Assembly (NCBI RefSeq): GCF_054482525.1
Contig: NZ_CM137006.1
Length of the DNA: 64,000 nt
Reading direction: 5' to 3' (one strand)
A program made the position numbers and the translations under genes. Numbering within the stretch: position 1 is the first letter of the stretch; the number at the start of each line of letters is the position of its first letter. Positions 14,691-24,205 of this stretch are shown piece after piece. Below the pieces are notes generated by a model that was not told the origin of the DNA, did no database searches, and worked only from the letters and a program-made list of their open reading frames with translations.

Positions 14691-15353
14691 TCATGCAGCA
14701 CGCTCCCGCCCCTGGTTGTCTGTTGGTGACATCGGAGAATTGCTGAATGCATTTGTTAATCCGCCAATATCCAACGCGTATCCTGGGTGTAGTTGCACTG
14801 CCGGGCCTTCGCACTGGTTACCCCAAACATCGAAGCCATGAGACGTCTGGCGGGCGAACAGTTCAATGCGAGAAACATCGCCTAACAATTGCACAAGTTT
14901 TTCACGAACGACATCTGGTTTTCTTGAATGCTCAAGCCGCGGTGCGGTAAATGACTGAACGATACCTGCATTAATGCGCGGAGGTAGTTTTCCCTTTACT
15001 GCAAACAGGCAATCTTCACTATTGGCGCGAGTCATGTGTCCCATACCCATAACCAGTTTATCTGGTTGTCGACTACCACATTTTATCCACGTGAAGCCCT
15101 TCATGGTCATCAGACGGAATCCCCAGGCTTCAACAACTTTTAGTGCTTCGAGTGGTTGTGTTGGCACCCACCACATGGCCAACAGACAGTTTTCATCGGC
15201 CAAATCCCACACAGGAAGGCGGCAGATATCCAGCACACTCATAACAGGATATTTAAAACCGGCACCGCGATTACCATCTGCGGCTTTGTCCCGGTATACC
15301 CAGGGTGGATCTGCATAGATTAGTGTGTATTTCTTAGTCATAAACCACCCCAC
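14691..15353 (-). CDS. DNA N6-adenine methyltransferase, MT-A70-like (orphan)
   Basis: 220 aa ORF; LIYADPPW motif IV; no adjacent restriction endonuclease candidate. Confidence 0.7.
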   Translation of the reverse strand: MGWFMTKKYTLIYADPPWVYRDKAADGNRGAGFKYPVMSVLDICRLPVWDLADENCLLAMWWVPTQPLEALKVVEAWGFRLMTMKGFTWIKCGSRQPDKLVMGMGHMTRANSEDCLFAVKGKLPPRINAGIVQSFTAPRLEHSRKPDVVREKLVQLLGDVSRIELFARQTSHGFDVWGNQCEGPAVQLHPGYALDIGGLTNAFSNSPMSPTDNQGRERAA

Positions 15354-15633
15354 AACATCCTATGCCGCTATAGTCGCCACGGCGAAGGCCGTTACCTTTT
15401 GTGATACATTGGTCCCTGCGAACCGCGATCCTTGCACGTTCAACATCACCAGAAGCAACATCCATACACTGAAGCCAAAGGTGAGCGGCAATGCGGAATT
15501 GCCCTTTTTTCTCTCTTTCAATCGCGCGTTTTTCGATCTCTATCGCCGCAGGAGTAACGGCGACAATCTTTGAAGGGCTGCGCATTGAAACCTTGTTCAT
15601 GTGATATTTTTCAAGTCGGCTTAACTTTCTCAC
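15334..15633 (-). CDS. Hypothetical phage protein
   Basis: 99 aa ORF in early-left operon overlapping methylase start; start codon uncertain. Confidence 0.35.
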   Translation of the reverse strand: MRKLSRLEKYHMNKVSMRSPSKIVAVTPAAIEIEKRAIEREKKGQFRIAAHLWLQCMDVASGDVERARIAVRRDQCITKGNGLRRGDYSGIGCCGVVYD

Positions 15634-15742
15634 TTAATCCAACCCTCTCTGAAAATTAATGCCAGCAGATAAAGCCATGCTGAAACAGAGGCCAGGAATA
15701 AGTACCATCCTGACCATTTGCTCCAGTGCCTTAGCAGCACAC

Positions 15743-15991
15743 TCATGCAGCGTTGCTCACAGGACGATATACACGTTGCTGAACAGGAGGCTTTTTACCC
15801 TGGAACTCTGCCGGGCTTGCTGCCTGACGTTCATCAAGCCAACGCTCAACTTCATCACGGTTCCATGCGCAGCGTTTATCGGTGATATACCAGCGTTTAG
15901 GAAATTCCCCTGCGCGCTCCATACGGTCGATAGTGCTCCATGACAGTGGCACCACCGCCAGGAGTTCCTTCTTACCTAATGCACCTTTCAT
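15743..15991 (-). CDS. AlpA-family phage transcriptional regulator / excisionase-like
   Basis: 82 aa; HTH region resembling AlpA (STIDRMERAGEFP...WLDE). Confidence 0.6.
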   Translation of the reverse strand: MKGALGKKELLAVVPLSWSTIDRMERAGEFPKRWYITDKRCAWNRDEVERWLDERQAASPAEFQGKKPPVQQRVYRPVSNAA

Positions 15992-16040
15992 AAATACCTC
16001 TCTTGGTTGCAGTGCGGCGCGCGTGGCGCCGCGGTGGTGG

Positions 16041-16922
16041 TTACATAGATGTTTCGTTTAATTCTTCCCGACGAACGCTGTAAACGTCGGTGGCTTTTGC
16101 CAGCAGTTCGTCATCATCTGAAAGTTTTTGTGCAATGTATTTGTAAGCCTTATCCAGTTCGGAGACAGTGCTGTAATTCATCGCTGCGCTGGTAAAGGCC
16201 ATCAGCATTTCTTCTGGCTCACGGCTATCCGCTTTACGCGTTTGCTCATCAGGCTTTTTCACTGATTTAGCGTTGATCAGACTGTTCATTCCCGCAGCCG
16301 TAGTCATTTGCGGAGTAATGTCTCGCTCAACGCGCGGTGCCGTTTCCTGTAATTCGTCAGGGGTGTAAACACCGAGAAGTACATCAGGAGCGTGCAGGCG
16401 AGCCCATCGTTTCGTGCAAAGATAGGCAAGTTGCTGGCGCGGATCCTGTTCCCACAATGGAGAGTTACGCACTCCTGCTTGCGCCATACTGATGGTAAGC
16501 TCACGTGGTTCTGCTTCTCCTTTAAGAACTGCTGACACAGTTACCGTCAGATTCGGTGATTTATCTGTTTTGCCGTTAACATTCGACCAGTCACCGCTCC
16601 AGCGATAATTCAGGCGTGTCGCCAGCAGGCTGGAAGAGGATACGACCGCGTTTACCAACTGTGCTTCGTAGCCTAACGTTCCGTTTACCACATGCGTTTT
16701 CTGCGCCACGGCGAAAGGGTTCATTCCCCACTGTGCCGCCTGCATGGTCACCGCCAGGCAATCGGCAGGTTTGCCTTCAAGATGTTTCGGTACAGTCGCT
16801 TTGCTTTGTGACATCAACTCCGCGAAACGCACCAGTTGATTCATGCCCTCGGGGCTGAAGATTGCCGCAGCAGTGCCTACAGTTGCGCCTGGTTGTGATG
16901 TGATTGCGATATCATTGCTCAT
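16041..16922 (-). CDS. RecT/Red-beta family single-strand annealing protein
   Basis: 293 aa; resemblance to lambda Bet core (QWGMNPF...RWARL); coupled to upstream exonuclease. Confidence 0.65.
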   Translation of the reverse strand: MSNDIAITSQPGATVGTAAAIFSPEGMNQLVRFAELMSQSKATVPKHLEGKPADCLAVTMQAAQWGMNPFAVAQKTHVVNGTLGYEAQLVNAVVSSSSLLATRLNYRWSGDWSNVNGKTDKSPNLTVTVSAVLKGEAEPRELTISMAQAGVRNSPLWEQDPRQQLAYLCTKRWARLHAPDVLLGVYTPDELQETAPRVERDITPQMTTAAGMNSLINAKSVKKPDEQTRKADSREPEEMLMAFTSAAMNYSTVSELDKAYKYIAQKLSDDDELLAKATDVYSVRREELNETSM

Positions 16923-17740
16923 ACGTACATATCCTGTTTACGTGCCCAGTCAGGGCGTTTAATAATTTCCACTCCGCCCCATTCATCGTTGATGCGGCAT
17001 TCGTGATAGGTATTCAGATCCCGGCGGAACAGAGCGTGCCCGGCATCGACATCCGGCGCATCCAGCTCGAACACGCGTACCGGATACCGACCACAATCAA
17101 TGCTTTCGCTCACGGCAAGAAAGAAAAAACCATGTGGCTGACCAGTAACCCTCATTGCGCCTTCGCGGTACATTGCGTCCTGCACGTGGTAGCGGAACTC
17201 CTCGATGTGGCGTGCAAAACGGTCCATATCTGTAACCTTTTTCACGTCGACGATCACGTTGTGCTCTTTCAGCCATTTGTCTGGACGAATGCGGCACAAC
17301 TCACCAGTCTCTTCATCGTTCCAGTACATTGATGCTTCGCAGTAACCAGGTGCTTCCAGCATCCAGCGTGCCGCCGGGTGAGCCATTGCGCTATCACGCA
17401 TCAGCTCCAGTTTCCGCCACTGCTCGGCATCAAGTACCGTAATCCCCATATCCGCCACATCACGAAGAAATGCCTCTTCGTCAGCTTTACCTTGTTTCGT
17501 CCGACGATCGAATTTCGGCGAAACAATGAAGCGTTTGTCGAACTCTCCAGGCTCCAGAAGCAGACAGTGCAATGCGGTTCCCATATCCAGTGCAGACTTT
17601 TTCTCTTCGTCTTCTGGTGCTGCCTGAACCCATTTAAGAAGCGCCGGATTCTTGGCAACCATGTCCAGTTGCGACTTACTCACGCCGTCCCCGGCGTGGT
17701 AGTCTTCGTTGCTGATGTCGAAATAAATTCCCGGCTTCAT
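16919..17740 (-). CDS. YqaJ-type PD-(D/E)XK exonuclease (recombination exonuclease)
   Basis: 273 aa; overlaps annealase gene by 4 nt; typical exo-annealase pair. Confidence 0.6.
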   Translation of the reverse strand: MKPGIYFDISNEDYHAGDGVSKSQLDMVAKNPALLKWVQAAPEDEEKKSALDMGTALHCLLLEPGEFDKRFIVSPKFDRRTKQGKADEEAFLRDVADMGITVLDAEQWRKLELMRDSAMAHPAARWMLEAPGYCEASMYWNDEETGELCRIRPDKWLKEHNVIVDVKKVTDMDRFARHIEEFRYHVQDAMYREGAMRVTGQPHGFFFLAVSESIDCGRYPVRVFELDAPDVDAGHALFRRDLNTYHECRINDEWGGVEIIKRPDWARKQDMYV

Positions 17741-18051
17741 GCCGCGTCCCTCTGCCCATCAAGCTGATCAGCCAGATCCCAGCGGGCGATAATTGCCATT
17801 GCCTCGCGCCGGTAGGAATCCATCAGTTCTTCGAACTCAGGGCTGTCTTTAGCTGCTTCCAGCACTTCCTGGCGAACTCCTTTGCCTGTTACAACGTCGA
17901 AAGTTGAGGCCAGTTGATGAAGCCGGATGCTCTCAATCAGTTCAACTTGTCGGTCATATAGCTGTTCTGACAGGCGGTAGTCCTTGTCGAATGCCAGCAT
18001 GATTTTTTGAAGATTTTTCTGCTGATTAACGTTCATTATCAGCCCTCCCAT
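17737..18051 (-). CDS. Hypothetical early protein
   Basis: 104 aa ORF, 4-nt overlap with exonuclease gene. Confidence 0.4.
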   Translation of the reverse strand: MGGLIMNVNQQKNLQKIMLAFDKDYRLSEQLYDRQVELIESIRLHQLASTFDVVTGKGVRQEVLEAAKDSPEFEELMDSYRREAMAIIARWDLADQLDGQRDAA

Positions 18052-18272
18052 ATCTCGTTATCGTTGGCCACATCGCGAGCTTCTTTGCTGACGAAAGCCC
18101 ACTTAATACCTTCCTGTAAGGTGCGGAACTTCCAGCTCATGAATCCGCATGCAGTAACGCAGTACCAACCGTTGATGATTTTCCACTGCATAACTTGTTA
18201 CCTCGGTTTGTTACCGTTGAGGTAATGATTATGCGTATTTGGTTTGGTGTCAATAGATATGAGTTAAAAAAA

Positions 18273-18287
18273 TTACCCACAAGGTAA
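18273..18287. promoter_or_regulatory. TTACC-N5-GGTAA motif at the early-left promoter position (OL-like)
   Basis: TTACCcacaaGGTAA between repressor 3' end and start of leftward operon. Confidence 0.5.
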
Positions 18288-18344
18288 TCTTGCTGGCAAT
18301 AAAAAAGCCGCCATGAGGCGGCTTACTTGCTGAAAACTATAGTT

Positions 18345-18929
18345 TTATTGTTTGCTTTTTTCGTTCTGGTTGATGACAAATTCAATGTAACTTTCGATCT
18401 TTGCTTTCTCGGTTTCGGGTAACAATGCGTAGCGCGAGCGGTCATAGTTGATAGTCGCAGGGTCGTGCGGGTGAATCAGTAATTCATAGCCGTGACGCCC
18501 GAATGCGGATGCAACATTCTCCAGGGTGGAAATGGAAACGCTGACCTCATTGTTTAACAGGCGGCTGATTGTCACCTGGGCGACGCCGGATGCGCGGTGA
18601 AGTTTTCCCTGTGTTGAAAGGTCGCGGCTTTCGCTCATCCAGCGTTCCAGGTTGTGAGCCGCCAGCTGACCAATGTCGCTTGGGCCGACAGGCTGAAAAC
18701 CTTCCTGAGAAAGCGAGCGATCGATATCAAGCCAGTTACGGGGTTTATTGGCGGCAGCTTCAATTTTTCGCGCAACCTGGTCGCCGATAACCTTCTTACC
18801 AAGAGCCCAGCGGTTTACCAGATTTGCCTGAGTTCCAAGTTTTTCTGCCATCCGCGTCTGAACACCATTGAATTCACGGTCGATCAAGTCGTTGAGATTT
18901 TGCCTGCGGACGTCCTGGATACTTTTCAT
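18345..18929 (-). CDS. Prophage repressor, two HTH domains, no LexA-like peptidase domain
   Basis: 194 aa; two HTH-like segments; divergent from Cro-like gene; no GxSM/K autocleavage motif seen. Confidence 0.6.
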   Translation of the reverse strand: MKSIQDVRRQNLNDLIDREFNGVQTRMAEKLGTQANLVNRWALGKKVIGDQVARKIEAAANKPRNWLDIDRSLSQEGFQPVGPSDIGQLAAHNLERWMSESRDLSTQGKLHRASGVAQVTISRLLNNEVSVSISTLENVASAFGRHGYELLIHPHDPATINYDRSRYALLPETEKAKIESYIEFVINQNEKSKQ

Positions 18930-18984
18930 TTTCTGGAAAATCGCCTCATATATGAATCAGTAGATGATTCAATTTAAAGCAATA

Positions 18985-19047
18985 TTACCCAACAGGTAAA
19001 TGCACCCCATAGGTAACTATCCTTGATTTTTGTTACCTTATGGGTGA
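18985..19047. promoter_or_regulatory. Operator region between repressor and cro-like gene: TTACCcaacaGGTAA (18985-18999) and TTACCttatgGGTgA (19033-19047)
   Basis: Two palindromic sites in the divergent promoter region. Confidence 0.55.
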
Positions 19048-19083
19048 ATATTTATTATCTGAAATAAATATCAGGCAATAGCT

Positions 19084-19314
19084 ATGAGCGATAACGGACA
19101 TTTCGATTTCAAAAAGCACTGGCTTGCACTTACTCCGGATGAGCGTGAAGCCTTCGCACAGGAAGCCGGAACGACGAGTCACTATATACAGACTCACTTA
19201 ACAGGTAAGCGCAAAATGCCAGGTAAGGTATTGATGAATGGGCTTTTTAAAGCCTGTAAAACAAGACAATGGCTGCGCTCAAAAGCAGAACTGGCATACT
19301 TCTTCTACTCATGA
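19084..19314 (+). CDS. Cro-like HTH regulator
   Basis: 76 aa; HTH segment; divergent from repressor. Confidence 0.55.
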   Translation: MSDNGHFDFKKHWLALTPDEREAFAQEAGTTSHYIQTHLTGKRKMPGKVLMNGLFKACKTRQWLRSKAELAYFFYS

Positions 19315-19336
19315 TATCCAGCCACAACCCTCTGTA

Positions 19337-19360
19337 GACCGCCACCCGGCGGTCTTTTCA
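19337..19360 (+). terminator. Rho-independent terminator after cro-like gene
   Basis: GACCGCC-accc-GGCGGTC followed by TTTT. Confidence 0.6.
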
Positions 19361-19369
19361 TATCTATTC

Positions 19370-19384
19370 GTACCTCAAAGGTAA
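19370..19384. promoter_or_regulatory. gTACC-N5-GGTAA motif (variant) after cro terminator
   Basis: GTACCtcaaaGGTAA. Confidence 0.35.
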
Positions 19385-19462
19385 TAAAAAACCAAATCTG
19401 GTTGATCAAATTTTCCAATTGTGCAAAATAGCCAATATCAATAACAAAAAGGGGCGGAAAAA

Positions 19463-19675
19463 TTGAAGATAGTAACCAGAATGGAGGCCGCAAAAGCCGG
19501 GTTAAATCGCTATTTCACAGGAAAGCGGTGCCGTCACGGCCATCTCTCTGAAAGGTATGTTCTGAACGGAACATGTGTTGAATGTGCAATGAATAGCGCC
19601 AACCGCCATCGTAATGAATTTGCTTGTGCACTAAAGAGTGCAAGAGGGGAAACCTATGGCAAGCAGCTGGATTAA
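19463..19675 (+). CDS. Small Cys/His-rich protein (cII position)
   Basis: 70 aa, TTG start with AAGGGG RBS; C..H..C..C pattern. Confidence 0.4.
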   Translation: MKIVTRMEAAKAGLNRYFTGKRCRHGHLSERYVLNGTCVECAMNSANRHRNEFACALKSARGETYGKQLD

Positions 19676-20486
19676 GGTTGAAGTTATCACTCCTGATAAA
19701 CCTGAAATTTTTCAGATAGCAGAAATTCTGGGTATTGATCCAGATGCTGTTCTTGGAAAGCTGGTTCGTATATGGGCATGGGCTGACCAGCAAACAATAG
19801 ACGGTAACGCTGGCAGCGTTACAAAAGGAGTACTTGATAGACTCGCTTTTATTACAGGATTTGCTGACGCCCTCATTAGCGTCGGATGGCTTGCTTATCA
19901 TGACGGCAAACTAATTCTTCCAAACTTTGAGCGACACAATGGAGAATCATCGAAAAAACGTGCACTTACGAATAGAAGAGTGGCAGAGCATCGAAAACGA
20001 GTAACGCAAAAAGTAACGCCAACAGCGTTACAAAAGGAGTTACCAGAGGAAGAGGAAGAGGAAGATATATATAAAACCCCACACATAGCGCACGTGCGCG
20101 AGGGTGCTCCGACCAGTGAAGCGAACAGTACGCCGTTGCAGGTGGCAGAACCTGAATTTCTGGATGGCCTGAGTGAACCCATCGGGAAATTTCCGATGAC
20201 AGATGGCTGGCTACCGTCGCCAGATTTTCGGCGGCGTGCTGCGCTGTGGGGAACGGCCCTGCCGGAACCGGAATTTACACCTGCTGAACTTGCTGCATTC
20301 CGGGATTACTGGATGGCTGAGGGCAAAGTGTTCACGCAGGTTCAGTGGGAACAAAAATTCGCCAGGCACGTAAATCATATCAGGGGAAAATCAAAAAATG
20401 CCGGGAAAAGCGATGAGCTTGACTGGAATAACACTGACTGGATAGAAGGGGTGTGGGATGAAATCAACTCCAGAACTTCTCAATGA
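19638..20486 (+). CDS. Replication initiation protein (O-like / DnaT-domain-like)
   Basis: 282 aa; acidic linker; immediately upstream of and overlapping lambda-P-like gene. Confidence 0.5.
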   Translation: MQEGKPMASSWIKVEVITPDKPEIFQIAEILGIDPDAVLGKLVRIWAWADQQTIDGNAGSVTKGVLDRLAFITGFADALISVGWLAYHDGKLILPNFERHNGESSKKRALTNRRVAEHRKRVTQKVTPTALQKELPEEEEEEDIYKTPHIAHVREGAPTSEANSTPLQVAEPEFLDGLSEPIGKFPMTDGWLPSPDFRRRAALWGTALPEPEFTPAELAAFRDYWMAEGKVFTQVQWEQKFARHVNHIRGKSKNAGKSDELDWNNTDWIEGVWDEINSRTSQ

Positions 20487-21234
20487 GTACGATCGCTTAC
20501 GTGAGCATGGTGTTGCTGTGCATGAAGAGCGGCGTGACAGCAATGGCAAAAAGGAGCAGGTTGCTAGAATTTTCAATGAACTATTTGTCCAGTTACAGGC
20601 TGCATTTCCTGCAAGCGTTTCGACCATAAGGGAGCAGAACAAACTTAATGAATTCCGTAAGCAATGGATGCTTGCGTTTCTGGAGAATGGGATCACTACA
20701 ATGGAACAGGTTAACGCTGGTATGCGCCACGCCCGCGCCAGTGAATCTCCGTTCTGGCCGTCGCCAGGGCAATTCATCAAGTGGTGCAAAGACAGCAAGA
20801 TGGTTCTTGGCGTCACCATTGACGATGTGATGGCGGAGTTTCACCGGTACAGCAAGGAAAAAAGTTTATATCCTGGTGGTCCCGAAAGATTCCCGTGGCG
20901 ACATCCGGTTATGTACTGGGTCGTATGTGATACCCGCCGTGCAATGTATCAGCGCCAGCTTAGCGAGATTGAGGTTGAGAAACACGCGCGCAGGCTGCTC
21001 GATGATTGGGCGAAAAAGGTGGCTTCCGGACAGCAGATACCCGATCCGGTGATCAGCATACAGGCAAAGCCAGAACCCATGAGTACGCCTCCTGACACTG
21101 GGAGAGACGTTTACCATCCACCAGGGCGAAGTTTCGGGTGCATGCCTAACGCCGCCACCCTGGGGGGAATAACACCGGCGCAGTGGCTGATAGAGGAATA
21201 CAGGCGGGGAAAGGCGGCAGGATTTATCAAGTAA
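20458..21234 (+). CDS. Lambda P-like replication protein (helicase loader)
   Basis: 258 aa; strong resemblance to lambda P (FPAS..., NGITTMEQVNAGMR). Confidence 0.8.
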   Translation: MKSTPELLNEYDRLREHGVAVHEERRDSNGKKEQVARIFNELFVQLQAAFPASVSTIREQNKLNEFRKQWMLAFLENGITTMEQVNAGMRHARASESPFWPSPGQFIKWCKDSKMVLGVTIDDVMAEFHRYSKEKSLYPGGPERFPWRHPVMYWVVCDTRRAMYQRQLSEIEVEKHARRLLDDWAKKVASGQQIPDPVISIQAKPEPMSTPPDTGRDVYHPPGRSFGCMPNAATLGGITPAQWLIEEYRRGKAAGFIK

Positions 21235-21271
21235 TACCAGCGCGATAGCGCATTTTTTTACGCCTACATGA

Positions 21272-21286
21272 TTACCTGTTGGGTAA
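21272..21286. promoter_or_regulatory. TTACC-N5-GGTAA motif
   Basis: TTACCtgttgGGTAA downstream of P-like gene. Confidence 0.45.
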
Positions 21287-21333
21287 TAAAATGTTCTAAT
21301 CTCTATTGATTTCATGTCTTATGTGGTTTTTAA

Positions 21334-21348
21334 TTACCTAAGGGGTAA
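21334..21348. promoter_or_regulatory. TTACC-N5-GGTAA motif immediately upstream of DUF1064 gene
   Basis: TTACCtaaggGGTAA ending 4 nt before ATG at 21352. Confidence 0.45.
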
Positions 21349-21351
21349 ATC

Positions 21352-21696
21352 ATGAGAAAACAGATACAGGCTCTTGGTCGACTCAAAACAGGCCAAATGA
21401 ACAAAACAGAATCTGCGTATTGCCAGCACCTTGAGCTGCGTAAACGTGCAGGAGAAATCGTCTGGTATCGATTTGAGGGTATCAAGCTGCGGTTAGCTGA
21501 CAACACGTTCTATACGCCCGATTTTGCTGTGATGCTCGCCACCGGCGAGATGGAACTGCACGAAGTGAAAGGTTTCTGGACCGACGACGCCAGGGTGAAA
21601 ACCAAAGTCGCCGCAGATCAGTATCCGTTCCGAATCATCGGGGTAACGGTTAAACCAAAGAAAGCAGGTGGTGGCTGGAACATCGAAGAGTTCTGA
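21352..21696 (+). CDS. DUF1064-family phage protein
   Basis: 114 aa; recalled DUF1064 pattern (FYTPDF...HEVKG). Confidence 0.55.
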   Translation: MRKQIQALGRLKTGQMNKTESAYCQHLELRKRAGEIVWYRFEGIKLRLADNTFYTPDFAVMLATGEMELHEVKGFWTDDARVKTKVAADQYPFRIIGVTVKPKKAGGGWNIEEF

Positions 21697-21757
21697 AGCG
21701 ACGATCTTTTTAGTTATCAATGTAATCAATAAGTTATGTGGATAAGCGAGGGTAAAG

Positions 21758-22276
21758 ATGGAAAGTAATATCAAAGGGTTAGTTGCCGCCGGGCATGAGA
21801 TGGCTTCGGAACTGAAAGCAGAATGTGGTGCCGTTGATATGCGCAGTGTGGCAAAGCTGATCAGCGATTTGGCAACGCAACTGGAAGTGCAACTGGTGCG
21901 TGCTAATGCGCTGGCGGCGGAGAATGAGCTGGCTCGTAAGGCAGTTCAGGCATTCTGCGATGTTGTTGGCGACAACACCGAGGTTATCGCTGAGGTGGTT
22001 GGGCGAGATGGCGTTCTGGTTATTTTGGAGGCCATGAAGGCAACAGGAAATATGCCAGCCACCGATGCTTTCCTGGCTGAAGTGCGGGCGCAGGGCGTGG
22101 ATGCTGCTATAGAAGCTGCAAAAAATCTGGTGGCCCAAGAATATGAGTATAAGGATTTCAAAGCGGCGCAGAGTGATTGCTGTATGCACCCTGGTTCAGA
22201 TCTGGTAGGGAAGGTTGAAATGACTGAGTGGTTAGTTGACTTTGCTGCCCAGCTTCGCAAAGGAGGCAACCAGTGA
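21758..22276 (+). CDS. Ea22-like phage protein
   Basis: 172 aa; family resemblance by recall. Confidence 0.45.
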   Translation: MESNIKGLVAAGHEMASELKAECGAVDMRSVAKLISDLATQLEVQLVRANALAAENELARKAVQAFCDVVGDNTEVIAEVVGRDGVLVILEAMKATGNMPATDAFLAEVRAQGVDAAIEAAKNLVAQEYEYKDFKAAQSDCCMHPGSDLVGKVEMTEWLVDFAAQLRKGGNQ

Positions 22277-22761
22277 GCGAAATTAATTACCAGGCACTGC
22301 GTGAGGCGGCGGAACGTGCAATTCCAGCAATGGAACGCCTGTTAATGTTGCCAGCTGATGATGATTTGTTAAGTGAACAGGAACTTAAAGATTACGGTGT
22401 GGATATTGATGCGCTCAACGCCTTCAAATTTCTGGCCGGACCAGAAACCGTGCTGGCACTACTGGATGAACGGGAAAGGAACCAGCAATACATCAAATCC
22501 CGCGACCAGGAGAACGAGGATATTGCGCTAACGGTAGGGAAGTTGCGCGTTGAGCTTGAGGCAGAAAAACAGCGGGCAAAGGATCTGTTTATGGAAAATG
22601 CTCGGCTTAAGTCAGGTATAGCCGGTCTGATACACCTCGGTATTCGATATGCAGATGTTGATGTCATGAAAATTGCTGGAGATGCCCAGCTTTCTACCCC
22701 ATGCACTGACAGCATCATAAACAGCATTGCAACAGGCATTCGCATCAACGGAGGTGAGTAG
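22273..22761 (+). CDS. Ea22-like phage protein
   Basis: 162 aa; N-terminus MSEINYQALREAAE typical of Ead/Ea22-like proteins. Confidence 0.5.
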   Translation: MSEINYQALREAAERAIPAMERLLMLPADDDLLSEQELKDYGVDIDALNAFKFLAGPETVLALLDERERNQQYIKSRDQENEDIALTVGKLRVELEAEKQRAKDLFMENARLKSGIAGLIHLGIRYADVDVMKIAGDAQLSTPCTDSIINSIATGIRINGGE

Positions 22762-22933
22762 TGCGTGTGGCATGTATTGGCTTGTTACCGTACCCGACTC
22801 GTTTTTGGGCTTCTGCGCTAATTGCAAAGCCACAGGTCCTGATGGCTGACAACATCACCCCAGCACCAAAGCGCCGCCATACCGGTATTGCAGCGGCACG
22901 ACGAGCAGCAAAGAGACGCAGGAGAGCAAAGCG

Positions 22934-23110
22934 ATGAAAAACCGTAAGGCAAAACGACTTTTTTTACAGCGACCTGTGCGTGTGGTGGAGCTGGTTATTA
23001 GCAACCATAAGATAGCGGTACTCCATCCATTTGGTCAGGTGGCTTTTGCCGCAAAGCGTAAGCCTACTGCGTCACAGAACAGGCGGAAGAAAGGGTACGC
23101 AGTAAGATGA
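22934..23110 (+). CDS. Small basic protein, N-terminus MKNRKAK (paralog 1)
   Basis: 58 aa, hand-translated, below ORF-track cutoff; stop overlaps start of next ORF (ATGA). Confidence 0.35.
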   Translation: MKNRKAKRLFLQRPVRVVELVISNHKIAVLHPFGQVAFAAKRKPTASQNRRKKGYAVR

Positions 23111-23295
23111 AAAACCGTAAAGCAAAGATTCTGTTAGTTCGTAGAAACGCTCCTGGCGTCTGGCAGTGGGTGAGACTCAGCAACCGACGGATGGGGTTGA
23201 TGAAATATTACGGGATGATGGATTGTGGTTTTTGCAAAAAGCCCAGCGCGGCGCAAAACCGCTGGAAAAACCATTTGCGCACTAAAGGAGAGTGA
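23107..23295 (+). CDS. Small basic protein, N-terminus MKNRKAK (paralog 2)
   Basis: 62 aa ORF; same N-terminal heptapeptide as upstream ORF. Confidence 0.4.
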   Translation: MKNRKAKILLVRRNAPGVWQWVRLSNRRMGLMKYYGMMDCGFCKKPSAAQNRWKNHLRTKGE

Positions 23296-23296
23296 T

Positions 23297-23812
23297 ATGG
23301 CGTTAACACACCGCGAACTCTGTCAGATTGCGTACAAGTTCCTTAAGCGCAACGGGTTCAAGGTTTGTTTTCATGACCGCTTTATAGCTGTAACCAGTAC
23401 CGGAGAACAGCCAGATGCTATGGGGTTCAGAAATTCAGCATCATGCCTGATAGAGGCGAAGTGTTCTCGTGCTGATTTGTTGGCAGATAGAAAAAAGCGT
23501 TTTCGTAAAAATCCGTCTCTTGGAATGGGCGACTGGCGATTCTTTATTAGTGAGCCGGGAATTATTTCAATTGAGGATTTACCACCTGGCTGGGGATTAC
23601 TTCACGTTGTTAACGGAAGAGTACGGAAAGTACATGGGTGGCCCAAGGGTAATTGCTGTTGGGGTAACCCTGAAGATAAACCTTTTATTGGGAATAAGCA
23701 GGTTGAATGCGATTACATGTTATCTGCATTAAGGCGCATGGAGTTGAGAGGGCACCTTAATGAAATATATGACGGTGTAATTGTTAATAAGAAAGAAGGA
23801 AACGCGGCATGA
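23297..23812 (+). CDS. Hypothetical protein, possible PD-(D/E)XK-type nuclease
   Basis: 172 aa from MALTHREL; D...EAK-like motif and C-terminal Cys cluster; weak assignment. Confidence 0.3.
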   Translation: MALTHRELCQIAYKFLKRNGFKVCFHDRFIAVTSTGEQPDAMGFRNSASCLIEAKCSRADLLADRKKRFRKNPSLGMGDWRFFISEPGIISIEDLPPGWGLLHVVNGRVRKVHGWPKGNCCWGNPEDKPFIGNKQVECDYMLSALRRMELRGHLNEIYDGVIVNKKEGNAA

Positions 23813-24204
23813 TCACTATTACCAATAAGAAACAGTATCCCAGCGAGCAATATCTTAATGAGCTGATCACCAACATAGAGTTTGCTGCAAGGGCACCAGT
23901 TGAAGTCGTGAGAGCAATGGCAGCAGAGCTACAGAAGCGGCGCGAAGCTGATAGCGCAGAACCAGTTGCTTATATTTTCAAACATCCGGCCGGGAAATTA
24001 TTCTGGGCTTTAACGGATGAAAGTAATAAAGAGCAAGCGGACGTTATTCCTGTTTATGCCGCCCCTCCAGTGCCAGTAGTACCTGAAGAAAAACCAATGC
24101 CTAACCCTCTTAAAATGTACGCGGTCGATGCTGTTGCCGCTATTGCAGAGGTGAGAGGCTGGAATGCCTGCCGCGCCGCCATGCTTCAGGGTAAAGGAGA
24201 GTGA
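23809..24204 (+). CDS. Hypothetical phage protein
   Basis: 131 aa ORF in co-directional operon. Confidence 0.4.
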   Translation: MITITNKKQYPSEQYLNELITNIEFAARAPVEVVRAMAAELQKRREADSAEPVAYIFKHPAGKLFWALTDESNKEQADVIPVYAAPPVPVVPEEKPMPNPLKMYAVDAVAAIAEVRGWNACRAAMLQGKGE

Positions 24205-24205
24205 T

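Noticed and set aside
18042-18191. 49-aa minus-strand ORF (MQWKIINGWY...) at the head of the leftward early operon, possible Kil-like protein
   Set aside because: Below the ORF-track size cutoff with no convincing RBS or family resemblance; plausible but unsupported, so not listed as a feature.
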